DNA from: an uncultured delta proteobacterium | GTDB lineage: Bacteria; Bdellovibrionota; FAC87; UBA2466 | Reading direction: 5' to 3' | Assembly (NCBI GenBank): GCA_963778115.1 | Contig: CAVZSV010000004.1 | Coordinates: 1,344,001-1,408,000, forward strand | DNA: 64,000 nucleotides | In this document: piece by piece, positions 36,618-47,960 of the stretch | Position numbering within the stretch: the stretch's first letter is position 1 | How the letters are laid out: each line of letters opens with the position of its first letter | Translations under genes and position numbers: made by a program | The notes under the pieces: generated by a model | Databases searched by the model: none | Told to the model about the DNA's origin: nothing | Seen by the model: only the letters and a program-made list of their open reading frames with translations

Positions 36618-37190
36618 ATGAATTTCTTTACTGTCGTGTTCCATTTCATTGCTGTGGCTATAGCGGCCTATTCTTTTCCAGTCGACGTCTCTATTCTTGG
36701 AATCAGAATAAACCACACCAAGTTGGAGAACGCGGCAAAGCAGTTAGCACCAACCGCAATCGTCGAACATCACGGTGACGCCGCTCTGTCTGAAGGCCGT
36801 ATCTGTTTTTCGCCGGAGGATACGAAAGATCTTGTGATTCAATTTGCTTCGGACAGTGAGATGTCCCGAGGAGTAGTGTCTTCTTTTCGCTTAGTCAAAA
36901 CCCAATCGAATCATTCCTACCTCAATTGCAATAGAGTATTTGATTCGAAAGTGAAGCTTTCGCGTTTGAACCTTCCAGGAAAAATCTCATTGGGAATGAG
37001 CCAGGCCGAGATCGAAGGCAAATTAGGTAAATTACAAACCGGAAATATCGATGAAAATTTGGCTTTTAGCATTACTAAATGTAGCCCCGTAAAAAAGTGT
37101 TCTTATTGCCGAGGATATAATTTCAATTTTGAAAACGACAAGCTTAGCGAACTCTCCTATAGCGGAGCCTTTTCGGATTGTAGTGGATAA
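36618..37190 (+). CDS. Exported Cys-rich hypothetical protein
   Basis: 190-aa ORF, hydrophobic N-terminus, ISLGMSQAEIEGKLG motif. Confidence 0.65.
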   Translation: MNFFTVVFHFIAVAIAAYSFPVDVSILGIRINHTKLENAAKQLAPTAIVEHHGDAALSEGRICFSPEDTKDLVIQFASDSEMSRGVVSSFRLVKTQSNHSYLNCNRVFDSKVKLSRLNLPGKISLGMSQAEIEGKLGKLQTGNIDENLAFSITKCSPVKKCSYCRGYNFNFENDKLSELSYSGAFSDCSG

Positions 37191-38600
37191 TCAATTCTGA
37201 CTCACTCCCACCACCAAATCCCCACTATAAAACTCGACCAACTTTTTCTGCAAAATAAAATCGGTTTGAGATTGGACCCGAACACTTTGAGCTTGAACTA
37301 ACGTCGTCTGCGCTGTGATAAGATCGAGGAAACTCGATGCTCCCACTTCGTATCGACCCTTTACCGCATCGAAAGCCTCTTGAGCGGACTGCAATCCTTT
37401 TTGCGAAGTCTCCAGCTGTTGAACCGAACTTCGATAATCTCCCAGCACCTTGCGAATCTCGCCCTCAATTTGAAGACGGAGATCGGTATAATCTAAATCT
37501 GAATTATCATATTTGATTCGAGCAGCCGCTACGTTCTGTACCGTCTGAAACCGATCAAAAAGATTCCAAGTAAGTGTTAAGCCCACCACAAAGTAGGTAT
37601 TCTGTCCCAATTGGCTCCAAACCCCATTTTCATTAAGAGCGGGAGCTGCAATTCCCTGGACGAAATTTTCCGAGTAAGCGCGTCCGGTTTGAAAGACATT
37701 AAATCCCAAATCAAGTCTGGGGAAAAACCCACTTCGGGCCGCCGTAATTCCCCAATCCGCGGAAGCTTTCGTCGCTTGGGAAGCCTTTAGATCCTGCCGC
37801 TGATCCAGAGCCTTTTGGATCATTTTTGGTTCGTCTGGACACTCGTCCTTTTTCTCGGGAGGCTCCAGATTTGGTTCGTCAAAGGTGTAGTGCCCATCAA
37901 CGTCTAGGCGAAGCTTTCGCAAAAGCAATATCTCGTCATCACGTCTTTTATTCTGTGTTGTCAGTAAATAGGTCTGATCAGCGCTGGTCTGGGCTTCCTG
38001 ACGATAAAGATCGGGCAGAGCTCTCACCCCTAATCTTGTCTGCTCGCGAAGCAGCTTCTGCCGCTCGGTGGAAGCCACCAAGTTCTTCTGAGCGATATCA
38101 AGCAAATGAGAATCCAAGACTACTTGGAGAAATGACTGCGTCACATCCACGACGATTTGTTGTTTGGCTCTGGCTAGTGTCATCGTAGAGGCGTCTTTAT
38201 TATTGAGAGCTGCTTTCAACGAAGCAAAGTCGTTAAGCCCATTAAATAGATTAAGTGTCGTTCCGATTTGGATCGAAGGGCCGTAATTTTTCGTTGTCAC
38301 ATACGTAGGTGCTGACGTCGTCAAAAACTCATTCCCTTGAAGATAGCTATAATTGGCGGTTCCGACCAAATTGGGAAGAAATTGACCGTAATTTTGAAGC
38401 AGCTGTTTTCCTGTTAACTCGACTTCATTTTGCGCTTTACGAACGCTTGTGGCATTGGTGAGCGCTATGGAAACGCACTCCTCCATCGACAATTTTCTTG
38501 AGGGGGGCTCCCCATTCGCGGAGGGTGTTGGGGTCTCGGCCGAAAACCCTGTCCATGAAAGGCCAACTAAAGAAATGGCTATCAGAAAAACAAATCTCAC
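37191..38600 (-). CDS. TolC-family outer membrane efflux protein
   Basis: LSMEECVSIAL, FLPNL, RYEVGASSFLDL..AQ; third gene of the RND operon. Confidence 0.9.
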   Translation of the reverse strand: MRFVFLIAISLVGLSWTGFSAETPTPSANGEPPSRKLSMEECVSIALTNATSVRKAQNEVELTGKQLLQNYGQFLPNLVGTANYSYLQGNEFLTTSAPTYVTTKNYGPSIQIGTTLNLFNGLNDFASLKAALNNKDASTMTLARAKQQIVVDVTQSFLQVVLDSHLLDIAQKNLVASTERQKLLREQTRLGVRALPDLYRQEAQTSADQTYLLTTQNKRRDDEILLLRKLRLDVDGHYTFDEPNLEPPEKKDECPDEPKMIQKALDQRQDLKASQATKASADWGITAARSGFFPRLDLGFNVFQTGRAYSENFVQGIAAPALNENGVWSQLGQNTYFVVGLTLTWNLFDRFQTVQNVAAARIKYDNSDLDYTDLRLQIEGEIRKVLGDYRSSVQQLETSQKGLQSAQEAFDAVKGRYEVGASSFLDLITAQTTLVQAQSVRVQSQTDFILQKKLVEFYSGDLVVGVSQN

Positions 38601-39773
38601 TCAGCCACCTTCCTTGCCAGCGATATTGCGAATGGCTCGGACATGGGAACTTTCCGATAAGCTATTACCGATATCCAAAGCGACTAACTCCCCTTCTTTC
38701 AAGCCACTTAAGATCGAAACGACAGTGCCGTCATTATCGCCGGTAGTTACCTCCCTGTAGTGAATGGTATCGTCGGCATCGACAATGGGAACGTAGGACT
38801 TACTAGCGCGAATGACTACCGCTTCCACCGGAACCTGCATGTACACGGGCAATTTCACGTCGAGAGCTACTTGTACCAGACTGCCCGCCACCAAATCATG
38901 TTTGGCATTATCTAGTTCAATTTCAACAAGCATCATTCGAGTGCGCGGGTCTAACTCACCGGCAACTCGAGTCACCGTCGCGTCTATTTTCAACTCCGGT
39001 CGCTCTGCCGCGGAGATGACGGCGTGAGCCCCCTTCTCCACGAAGTAAGCATATTTCTGGTCGACATAAACATAAACTCGAAGCCTATCGACCTGGGAAA
39101 CCGTCACGACGGGTTGGGAGCTGGTTTGAGAATTAGCCGCATTTTGAACAAGGGTTCCCGGATCCACGAAACGAGCCGTCACCGTTCCATCAAACGGCGC
39201 TCTTAGTAACTCATATCCTTTGTAAACCGCCACCTGTTCTAGCTTAGCTTCCGAGACTCCCGCGTCGGAAATCGCCTGATCGGCCTCTTGGGTGGAGATA
39301 AGATTTCGCTCTTTGAGCTCTTTCATCCGGCTAGCGATCCCTCGTTTATTCTGAGCGTCCGCCAGGGCACCACTATATTCTTTTGAAGTCTCAGGAGAGT
39401 TGATGATGGCGAGCACTTGATTCGCTTTGACCAAGTCTCCTTTGTCGACTTTCACGTCACTGAGATAGCCGCTTACTTTGGCATAGAGAGTAACCGTTGC
39501 ATAGGGACGAGTCTCTCCTGAAAGGACTATCGTATGCATCCCGGAAGTGGCTTTAACCGCCACAGTGCGAACCCGAGGGCCCGCCTTTAACTCCTCCGCT
39601 CTCAAATGGGCTTCGCGCCACCAGCTGACCTGCCTATAGATGGCGACGATCAAGATAAACGCGGCAAGACAGCCGATGACTTTGCCACCTTTCAGATAAA
39701 GTTTTCTTAGCTCGGGATTGGGAACCCGCTCTTCAAACTTCGTCTTCGCTTTGGCCTTCCATGCTTGAAACAT
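38601..39773 (-). CDS. RND efflux periplasmic adaptor (MFP)
   Basis: LYAKVSGYL...VDKGD.VK, LRAPFDGTVTAR.VDPG, LDPRTR.M.VE. Confidence 0.92.
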   Translation of the reverse strand: MFQAWKAKAKTKFEERVPNPELRKLYLKGGKVIGCLAAFILIVAIYRQVSWWREAHLRAEELKAGPRVRTVAVKATSGMHTIVLSGETRPYATVTLYAKVSGYLSDVKVDKGDLVKANQVLAIINSPETSKEYSGALADAQNKRGIASRMKELKERNLISTQEADQAISDAGVSEAKLEQVAVYKGYELLRAPFDGTVTARFVDPGTLVQNAANSQTSSQPVVTVSQVDRLRVYVYVDQKYAYFVEKGAHAVISAAERPELKIDATVTRVAGELDPRTRMMLVEIELDNAKHDLVAGSLVQVALDVKLPVYMQVPVEAVVIRASKSYVPIVDADDTIHYREVTTGDNDGTVVSILSGLKEGELVALDIGNSLSESSHVRAIRNIAGKEGG

Positions 39774-39794
39774 AAATCCTTCCCTTATTTCTAA

Positions 39795-42700
39795 TTACGC
39801 ATGTGACGGGACTTCCGCCTCTTCCTTCTCCAGTTGCGCATCCATCAGATGGGCCGAAGGCATTTTCACTCGCAGATATGAGTAAATGACCGGCACCACC
39901 AGTAAAGTCACCACTGTCGCCACCAACAGTCCGCCGATTACTGCTCTTCCAAGCGGCGCATTCTGTTCTCCGCCTTCCCCCAAACCAAGGGCGGTGGGCA
40001 ACATTCCTAAGATCATGGCAAGCGCTGTCATCAATACTGGGCGCAGGCGAGTTCTCCCCGCTTCCAACGCTGCCGTGATCGGATCCAGGCCTTTTTCCAC
40101 ACGGACTTCATTGGCAAAGCTCACGAGCAAAATAGAATTAGAGGCGGCAATTCCTACCGCCATGATCGACCCCATGAAAGAGACGACGTTAAAAGTAGTT
40201 CCGGTCAAAAGTAGCATCCACAAAATTCCCGCCAACGCACCAGGAATAGCGAAGATAACGATGAAGGGATCGATCCATGTCTGAAACAAAATAACCATAA
40301 GCAGATAGACTAAGATGATGGCTAGAATCAGTCCCATTCCCAGATTGGTAAAAGCTTCTTGAATGACTTCACTCTGGCCACGAACGGAAATCTTAACTCC
40401 CGCCGGCAACTCACCTAACTTACGAATGGCGCCTCTAATTCCGCTCACGACGGAACCGATATCCCTGTCTTCCACGTTGGCGGTCACATCCACGACCCGC
40501 TGCACGTTGGTGTGGCTGATTTGATTGAGTCCGGTGCCCGTATGAAGAGTCGCGATATTTCCCAGAGTCTGCGCTTGCGCGCTCGGAACACTTCCCGGCG
40601 TCGCACTTCTACCGATGGGAGTTCCCGTTACTGGGGTTAACAACAAATCGTCGACAGACGTCAGCTTCACCAATGGAACTTTCACGGCTACTGAATAGTT
40701 GACGCTATTAAGCGGATTTAAGAAAAACGAGGGAGCTACCATAGTGCTAGAAGAGAGGGAGATGAGCATCGTATTGGCGATATCTCGTTGAGTGAGGCCC
40801 ACCTGCGCGGCTCGCACGCGATCCGCTTCCAACTTAATCTGAGGATAGTCGAAGACCTGTTTAATGTTAACGTCGACGGCTCCTGGAACCATCTTCATGC
40901 TGTCCCTCAGCTCTCGGGCATACGCAAAAGTCTTGCTAAGATCACTTCCCTCAATCTGCACATCAATGGGAGCCGAAAGACCGAAACTAAGAACTTGGCT
41001 TACGATGTCAGCGGGCTGAAAGAAAACCGATGCACCTGGAAATTCATTCGCCATCTCGCGACGAATCTTTTTCATATAGCTCACGGTGGGACGGTGACCT
41101 TCGTTGAGTGCGATTAACATTTCGGCATCCATCGGAGCTACGTTATCGGTGGGCACAAAAGCCAGATTGTAATTTACCGGTACGCCAATCATCGAATTGA
41201 TAGTCGATAATTCGTCATCCGGTACAATGTCTCGAATCTTTTGTTCGGCACGTGCCACTAACTTTTCGGTCTCTTCAATGCGAGTTCCCACGGGGGCGCG
41301 GAAATGAAGTTTCATGATTCCCGTGTCGGTAGTGGGAAAGAAATCGACTCCAATCAAAAAGACCAAGAACAAAGAGAGCGCGCAACTGGTTCCAAACATC
41401 CACAGAGTGAAGGATCGGTATTTTAGCGCGACTTCAAGAATCGACGAATAGCGATCCTGCATCTTTTGAAAGAGCCCTTCGCGCCATTCGTTGTACCGGT
41501 GAATGCGTTCAGGCGAGAAGGTCTGCTTTCTCCAGTCGTGCAATTTAGCGAACCTACCCGTTGACGGGACAAAATCCTGAGGTACGGGCGGAGGGGCCGC
41601 GTGCCCTCCATGATGTTCGTGTCCCAACATCATGCGGGACAATAAAGGAACCAAAGTTCTTGAGAGCAGATACGAAGCAAGCATCGCAAACACCACGGCT
41701 TCGGCCATGGGGGTAAATAGGAAACGGGCGGGTCCCGTCAAAAGCACAACCGGAAAGAAGACGATACAAATAGCAAGAGTGGCCATAATCGCCGGCAACG
41801 CAATCTGCTGAGCGCCCCTTAAAATGGCCACCGTCAAAGGGAAGCCTAACGCACGATTTCGATGAATGTTTTCCACTTCCACGGTAGCGTCGTCGACAAG
41901 CATTCCGATGGCCAAGGAGAGTCCGCCCAAGGTCATGATGTTAATCGAATTGCCCGTGACCATTAGCCCCACGATGGAACATAAGATCGCAAGCGGAATG
42001 GAAGTACATACGACAAACACGCTTCGCCAACTGCCCAAGAAAAACAGAATCATGACGGACACCAGAAACGCCGCGATCACTGCTTCTCTGAGTACACTTT
42101 CAATAGAGGCCGTGACGAATCCCGATTGATCAAAATCCATCCGGACATTCATCCCCTTGGGGGCAGTCGCTCTAATCAAGGGAAGCAAGGCTTTAACGCC
42201 ATTCACTACCGTCAGTGTTGAAGCGTTCGCTTTCTTAAGAATATTGAGATAGGTCGCACGATGGCCGTTAACTCGAACAATATTGGTCTGATCCGCGAAA
42301 CTGTCGTTAACTTTGGCGACGTCGCCCAACATTACGGTAGCCCCACCTACTATTTTGACGGGAATGTCTTCGAACAATTTTACGGTAGACGGGCTGGAAT
42401 TAAGGGTGACGTTAAACTCTTTTCCTCCGATACGCGCGGTTCCCGCGGGCAAAATTAGATTCGACGCTTGTAAGGCATTGACGACATCTGCGGGAGAAAG
42501 CCCTTTGGCCGTTAATTGAGTGGGATTGACGTCAATGTTGATCTGTCTGCTCTTTCCGCCATAGGGTGCCGGCACCGACAACCCCGGAATGGTAAAAAGC
42601 CGGATGCGAATAAAGTTCAAACCAAAATCGAAAAGCTTTTCTTCCGGAATCGTCTCACTGGAAAGCGTCATCTGGACGACCGGAACATTGGAAGCATTAA

Positions 42701-43094
42701 AGCGAACGATAACCGGAGAGGTCATTCCCGGGGGCATGCTACGAAGGGCGGTATCCGATATGGATGAGATTTGGGCGATAGCACCCCCGATATCGGTACC
42801 TTGCTCAAAGTAAACTCTGAGCAGGCCGATACCCGGAATTGAGCTAGATTCCACTCGTGAAATCCCGCTAACGGTCGTGGACATGGCTCGTTCGCTCAAC
42901 AGAACAACGCGACGCTCCATGTCTTCGGCCGATAAGCCAGGATAACTCCAAACCACGCCGACGACCGGAAGGTCGATGACGGGAAAGATATCCACCAACA
43001 TCGCTTTTAGAGAAAGAATTCCTGCTATCAGAATCGCTAAACAGCCAACCCCAATCGTATAGGGTCGCCTAAGTGCAAGCCGGACTATCCACAT
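39795..43094 (-). CDS. RND efflux permease (AcrB/AcrD/AcrF family)
   Basis: 1099 aa; MTLGGL.LAIG.LVDDATVEVENI, RLRPVLMTALA, PLGRAVIGGL. Confidence 0.95.
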   Translation of the reverse strand: MWIVRLALRRPYTIGVGCLAILIAGILSLKAMLVDIFPVIDLPVVGVVWSYPGLSAEDMERRVVLLSERAMSTTVSGISRVESSSIPGIGLLRVYFEQGTDIGGAIAQISSISDTALRSMPPGMTSPVIVRFNASNVPVVQMTLSSETIPEEKLFDFGLNFIRIRLFTIPGLSVPAPYGGKSRQINIDVNPTQLTAKGLSPADVVNALQASNLILPAGTARIGGKEFNVTLNSSPSTVKLFEDIPVKIVGGATVMLGDVAKVNDSFADQTNIVRVNGHRATYLNILKKANASTLTVVNGVKALLPLIRATAPKGMNVRMDFDQSGFVTASIESVLREAVIAAFLVSVMILFFLGSWRSVFVVCTSIPLAILCSIVGLMVTGNSINIMTLGGLSLAIGMLVDDATVEVENIHRNRALGFPLTVAILRGAQQIALPAIMATLAICIVFFPVVLLTGPARFLFTPMAEAVVFAMLASYLLSRTLVPLLSRMMLGHEHHGGHAAPPPVPQDFVPSTGRFAKLHDWRKQTFSPERIHRYNEWREGLFQKMQDRYSSILEVALKYRSFTLWMFGTSCALSLFLVFLIGVDFFPTTDTGIMKLHFRAPVGTRIEETEKLVARAEQKIRDIVPDDELSTINSMIGVPVNYNLAFVPTDNVAPMDAEMLIALNEGHRPTVSYMKKIRREMANEFPGASVFFQPADIVSQVLSFGLSAPIDVQIEGSDLSKTFAYARELRDSMKMVPGAVDVNIKQVFDYPQIKLEADRVRAAQVGLTQRDIANTMLISLSSSTMVAPSFFLNPLNSVNYSVAVKVPLVKLTSVDDLLLTPVTGTPIGRSATPGSVPSAQAQTLGNIATLHTGTGLNQISHTNVQRVVDVTANVEDRDIGSVVSGIRGAIRKLGELPAGVKISVRGQSEVIQEAFTNLGMGLILAIILVYLLMVILFQTWIDPFIVIFAIPGALAGILWMLLLTGTTFNVVSFMGSIMAVGIAASNSILLVSFANEVRVEKGLDPITAALEAGRTRLRPVLMTALAMILGMLPTALGLGEGGEQNAPLGRAVIGGLLVATVVTLLVVPVIYSYLRVKMPSAHLMDAQLEKEEAEVPSHA

Positions 43095-43260
43095 CTATTA
43101 TTACCCTCCCGCCCACGCGTAGCATCCTATTCGAACGAGGATTTTTGTCGACTCGAAAATGTTTGCGTTGAATACAGTGCATCTGCAGTCACAGCAGACA
43201 GGAGCATACCGTTTAAGAAAAAATTACGTTAGTGTACCCGCTCATTGGAGGAGGTTTGCC

Positions 43261-44265
43261 ATGAGAGGATTTTCCGTTTGCGCGGTTCTTCTAAATTTTA
43301 TTGTGGTTGCAGCTTACGGTGGTTCGCTAATTCACCAAAGTGATAAGTCGACCGCCACAGCGACTCCTTTAGGGCAGTCAGTAGAACTGCATACGGTAAA
43401 TAAATCCTTTCGCTTTGACTTCGGACCGATCTCAGGCGATCCGCTCGTCGACTTTCCTCCGATTACTTCCCAGACGCAAAGGCTGTGGCTTATCGAGACC
43501 ACGCAAGACGATAAAAGACGGCCTGATCAAGAAAAGGGCCCGTCCTTCTGCGAAATGAAAGCCCTGGACGTTCGCAGCAAGAAGCCTTTATGGACCCTCA
43601 AAGATCTAGCCGACCGCTGTCAGATCCATTCGAATTACTTCTTGGTAACTACCGTGGATGAAGGATGCTGTGGATCCGATGACTCCTACCGAGCCTATAG
43701 CGAACTAACCGCCGATTACCTTTTCTCGTACAATTTCCGTACTCAAATCGATCTACCGATTGTCCTTCGCCAGGACGCTTTTAATCCCAATGGCTTTCGC
43801 TTTTTGGCCTATCAAGATAATTACTGGCCTTCGCGCGACAAACTCACTTTTAGCGATGGGAACCTCCAACTTGCTGGTGTTCTGACGTACGCGAGCCCTC
43901 TGAAAGCGATTCAGAAAGTGGCGATACTCTTAGATAGTAAAGCTTGGGGAGATCCGTCCCAAGAGCCTGATGACATCAGGGTAATGTCGAAAAACAAACA
44001 ATGGGACTTTCAAAGTGGGCAAAGCGGAAAAAAAAACGCAACCTATGAAGTGGAATATTGGAACGATAAAACGCCACCCCGTACTTCAAAGACGGCGTTT
44101 TCCGATCTCACGATAACACTCACCTTTGACGAGGATTCGATATCGATTCCGCTAAAAGAAGATAGGTTGGATCTGTCTCAGGCCCAAATTAAAGCCAAGT
44201 TCTATAAAAAGGTAGTCGAGCTTCCCCAAGCGCTTTGGAAGCCGAAAGACCTCAAAGTTCACTAA
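43261..44265 (+). CDS. Secreted hypothetical protein
   Basis: ATG 43261 after GGAGGAGG; signal peptide; EGCCGS motif. Confidence 0.72.
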   Translation: MRGFSVCAVLLNFIVVAAYGGSLIHQSDKSTATATPLGQSVELHTVNKSFRFDFGPISGDPLVDFPPITSQTQRLWLIETTQDDKRRPDQEKGPSFCEMKALDVRSKKPLWTLKDLADRCQIHSNYFLVTTVDEGCCGSDDSYRAYSELTADYLFSYNFRTQIDLPIVLRQDAFNPNGFRFLAYQDNYWPSRDKLTFSDGNLQLAGVLTYASPLKAIQKVAILLDSKAWGDPSQEPDDIRVMSKNKQWDFQSGQSGKKNATYEVEYWNDKTPPRTSKTAFSDLTITLTFDEDSISIPLKEDRLDLSQAQIKAKFYKKVVELPQALWKPKDLKVH

Positions 44266-44333
44266 TCCTTTCCAGACCAACCCCTATGGGTTAAAAGTAG
44301 CTCGTTTTCGAATTCGCATACCAGGGGGAGATT

Positions 44334-45110
44334 ATGTCAAAACGAGCTATGGTAACCGGGGCCAGTGAAGGAATCGGGCACTCTTTCGCCAAACGGCTAG
44401 CCAAAGAAGGTTATCAGGTGACCGCTGTCGCCCGAACGGAAGCAAAGTTGAAGCAGCTCTTAAGCGAAATCGGATCCACTCATGCTTATATAGTGGCCGA
44501 TCTCTCCACCGAGGAAGGGCAAGACAAAGTCGCTATGGCTCTGAAGGAGCAGCACTTCGATCTACTGATCAATAATGCGGGAGTGGGAACCGTGGGGGCT
44601 TTCTTTCAAGTGCCTTTGCAAAAGCAGAAGAAAATGCTGCGGCTCAATTGCGAAGCGGTCATGGTCCTCTCACACGCCTATTTGGAAACCGCGAAACCCG
44701 GCGATACTCTGGTCAACGTCTCTTCCACCTTAGCTTTCTTGCCCCTTCCTGCGATTGGCCTCTATTCGGCCACCAAGGCCTTTGTCACTTCATTTACAGA
44801 ATCCCTGTGGTACGAGCAGAAAGAGCGAGGGGTGTACGTCATGGGGCTTTGTCCGGGAGTCACCTCCACGAATTTCCAAGTCAATTCCGGAGGCAAAGCG
44901 GAAGATGTCCCTCAAGGACTGGCGCAAACCCCGGATGAGGTGGTGGATACCGCTCTAAAGGCCATCGGCGCTCGAAAACAGCCGACCGTCATTTCAGGCA
45001 TCAAGAACCGGGTTTTTGCAGGAATAAGCCGGGCCATGAGTCGTCGTTCGACCGTAAACATGATGGGAAAGATGGGAGCCCGCACGATGGCACCCCCTAC
45101 AAACCATTGA
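44334..45110 (+). CDS. Short-chain dehydrogenase/reductase
   Basis: TGASEGIG, NNAG, NVSS, YSATK. Confidence 0.93.
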   Translation: MSKRAMVTGASEGIGHSFAKRLAKEGYQVTAVARTEAKLKQLLSEIGSTHAYIVADLSTEEGQDKVAMALKEQHFDLLINNAGVGTVGAFFQVPLQKQKKMLRLNCEAVMVLSHAYLETAKPGDTLVNVSSTLAFLPLPAIGLYSATKAFVTSFTESLWYEQKERGVYVMGLCPGVTSTNFQVNSGGKAEDVPQGLAQTPDEVVDTALKAIGARKQPTVISGIKNRVFAGISRAMSRRSTVNMMGKMGARTMAPPTNH

Positions 45111-45303
45111 AATGGCCCAAAAAGCCTTGATTTGCCGGGCCGAAAGAGTATGTTTTTACTATTAATGAAGTCCAATTCTACATACGTCCTCTGTCACGGT
45201 CCTAGCTCGAGTGCCTGGTGGAACATGTTGTCTATCTGTTCTGGACGGGACGTCCAGTCAGCTTTCCCCTCTCACTTATGTCGTTAGTTCCCTCTCTCCT
45301 CGC

Positions 45304-47228
45304 ATGAAGTCGATTAACGTAACGCTGCCTGACGGGTCAAAACGCGCTGTGGACGCCGGAACCACGCCTCAAAAAATTGCCTTGGCGATTGGTAAACGGC
45401 TCGAAGAGGCAGCAGTTGCCGCTAAAGTTGATGGCAAAGTCGTCGATCTCAATTTTCCGCTCAATCAAGATTGCGCCATTAGCATTTTAACGCGCGACTC
45501 TAAAGAGGGGCTTGAAGTCATTCGCCATTCCACTGCCCATCTTTTAGCGATGGCGGTTAAAGAACTTTTTCCCGAGACCCAAGTGACGATAGGACCGGTC
45601 ACTGAAGACGGATTCTATTATGACTTCGACAGACCCTCGCAGTTTGTGCCCGAGGATCTTCCCAAGATAGAAGCGAAGATGAACGAGATTGCGGGTCGCA
45701 AGCTCGACATCAAGCGGGCGGAATACCAAGAGATCGGAAGTCATCCCGATGTTTCGGGACATGAAAGAAAATTTTAAAGTCGAGATCATTCAAGACCTCC
45801 CCGGTGAAGTTTTTAGTACTTATCAGCAGGGAGATTGGGTCGACCTTTGTCGCGGCCCTCACGTTCCGAACACTTCGAAGCTGGGAAAATTTAAACTGCT
45901 CTCCATCGCCGGTGCTTATTGGCGCGGCGATGAAAAGAATAAAATGCTCCAGCGTATTTATGGAACCGCTTTCGCCACGCAAAAGGAGCTTGATGAATAT
46001 TTGCGCCGACATTGAAGAGGCCAAAAAGCGTGATCACCGGAAGCTCGGACCAGAACTAGGCCTGTTCACTTTCTTGCCGGTCGCCCCGGCAATGCCATTT
46101 TTTCTGCCCAAAGGGGCGACACTTTTTCAACTCCTTTCCAATTTCATGCGCGAAGAGATGCGCCCTCGAGGTTACCAAGAGGTCATCTGTCCTCAGTTAA
46201 TGAGTACCGAACTTTGGAAGACAAGTGGACACTTGAACTACTACCGCGAGAATATGTTTATCGTTGAGCAGGAGGGCTCGACCGACATGGTCGTGAAGCC
46301 CATGAACTGCCCCGGCCACTGTGCTCTTTACGCTTCCGGCAAATATAGCTACCGGGACCTTCCCCTCCGTTTTTCTGAATTCACCCGACTGCACCGTTTC
46401 GAACGGGCCGGTGTCACTCACGGTCTATTGCGTACGCGCGTGTTTAGTCAGGACGATGCTCACATCTTTTGTTCCGAAGATCAGATTCTCTCGGAATCGG
46501 TAGCTCTTATCGAACATACCCGCGAAGTTTATCGAAAGTTCGGATTTACCGACCTTGTGGTGATGCTGGCCACTCGTCCCGAAAAGTATGCGGGTACTAT
46601 CGAAAACTGGGATCGCGCCATCAAATCATTGGAACAAAGTCTAGAACAGACCAAGCAGCCTTTTACTTTTAATCACGGTGAGGGGGCCTTTTACGGTCCC
46701 AAAATTGAATTCCACGTCAAAGATAGTATCGGACGATCGTGGCAGTGCGGAACCGTTCAACTTGATTTCTATCTTCCCTCTCAGTTTCGGCTGGATTACA
46801 TCGATACGGATGGCAAATCCAAACAGCCTGTGATGATCCACCGCGCCATTTTAGGAAGCTTTGAACGCTTCATGGGAATTTTGATAGAGCATCACGCGGG
46901 CCACTTACCCCTGTTTGTGAGTCCGCTGCAGGCGGTCATTATTAATGTGACAGACGATCAAGCGGAATATGCCCAAAAAGTGGAAACGGAATTAAAGGGC
47001 TGGGGCATGCGTGTGGAACGTGACGGCCGCAATGAAAAGTTGGGCTACCGCATTCGCGAAGCGCAGTTAAAACGGATCCCGCTCATGTTGGTGCTGGGCG
47101 CCAAAGAGAAAGATAGCCAGACCCTGTCGGTGAGAAAACACACCGGCGAAACCTTAAACGATATGACCTTGAACGCCTTCAAAACTTTCATTGAAGGAGA
47201 ACTAAAACCCGGAGGGACTAACCATTAA
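45304..47228 (+). CDS. thrS: Threonine-tRNA ligase, split by two +1 frameshifts (~45727 and ~46010)
   Basis: TGS domain plus RHSTAHLLA in frame 1; DLCRGPH...GAYWRG...LQRIYG in frame 2; [33 protein letters not shown] in frame 3. Confidence 0.93.
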
Positions 47229-47879
47229 CCCCAAATACCCATCAAGCAGCCAAGACAACATCCGAATTAATTACCGTATCCGAGCTAGAGAGGTCCGCGT
47301 CATCGGCGCTGACGGTTCTCAGTTAGGAATTATGGAAACTAAGGCTGCCATACAGCTAGCGGAAAGCCAAGACCTCGACCTGGCGGAAGTGGCTCCCACC
47401 TCCAATCCACCTGTCTGCAAGATTTTAGATTTTGGAAAGTTTAAGTACCAGCAGAAGAAGAAACAGAAAGCAGCCAAGAAGAAACAAGTAGTTACGAGTC
47501 TTAAAGAGGTCCAATTCCGACCCCAAACGGACACGCACGATATCGACTTCAAGGTGAAGCACATTAGCGTTTTCTGGCGGAAGGAAACAAGGTAAAAGTC
47601 TCGGTTCGGTTTCGCGGCAGAGAGGCCAGTCACGCCGATTTAGGGCATGCTTTGATCAAGCAGATTATTGACATGGTTGGGATCTCCGGTATTGTGGAAC
47701 AGAATCCGAAAATGGAAGGGAAGATCCTTTCTATGATTTTCGGGCCTAATCCTAAGGCCAAGAAGCCAGGGACGGCAAAGCCAACCGCGGATGCAAAGGC
47801 CGCCGAGACAGTGCCTGCGACACCGGTACGGTCGGGGGCGGTAGACGCTCCCTCAGAAGGTAACAAAGTCGGACAGTAA
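47224..47879 (+). CDS. infC: Translation initiation factor IF-3, ATT start, one -1 frameshift (~47566)
   Basis: GGAGG-8nt-ATT; RINYRIRAREVRVIG, PPVCKILDFGKFKY, KEVQFRP; continues RFLAEGNKVKVSVRFRGRE in the shifted frame. Confidence 0.92.
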
Positions 47880-47960
47880 GTGGTTCGACCGAAATGCCGG
47901 CCAGTAGAGTCGACAAGAGTTGGCAGTTGACGAACGAGTTAGTCGAAGGAAGTGCGATTT

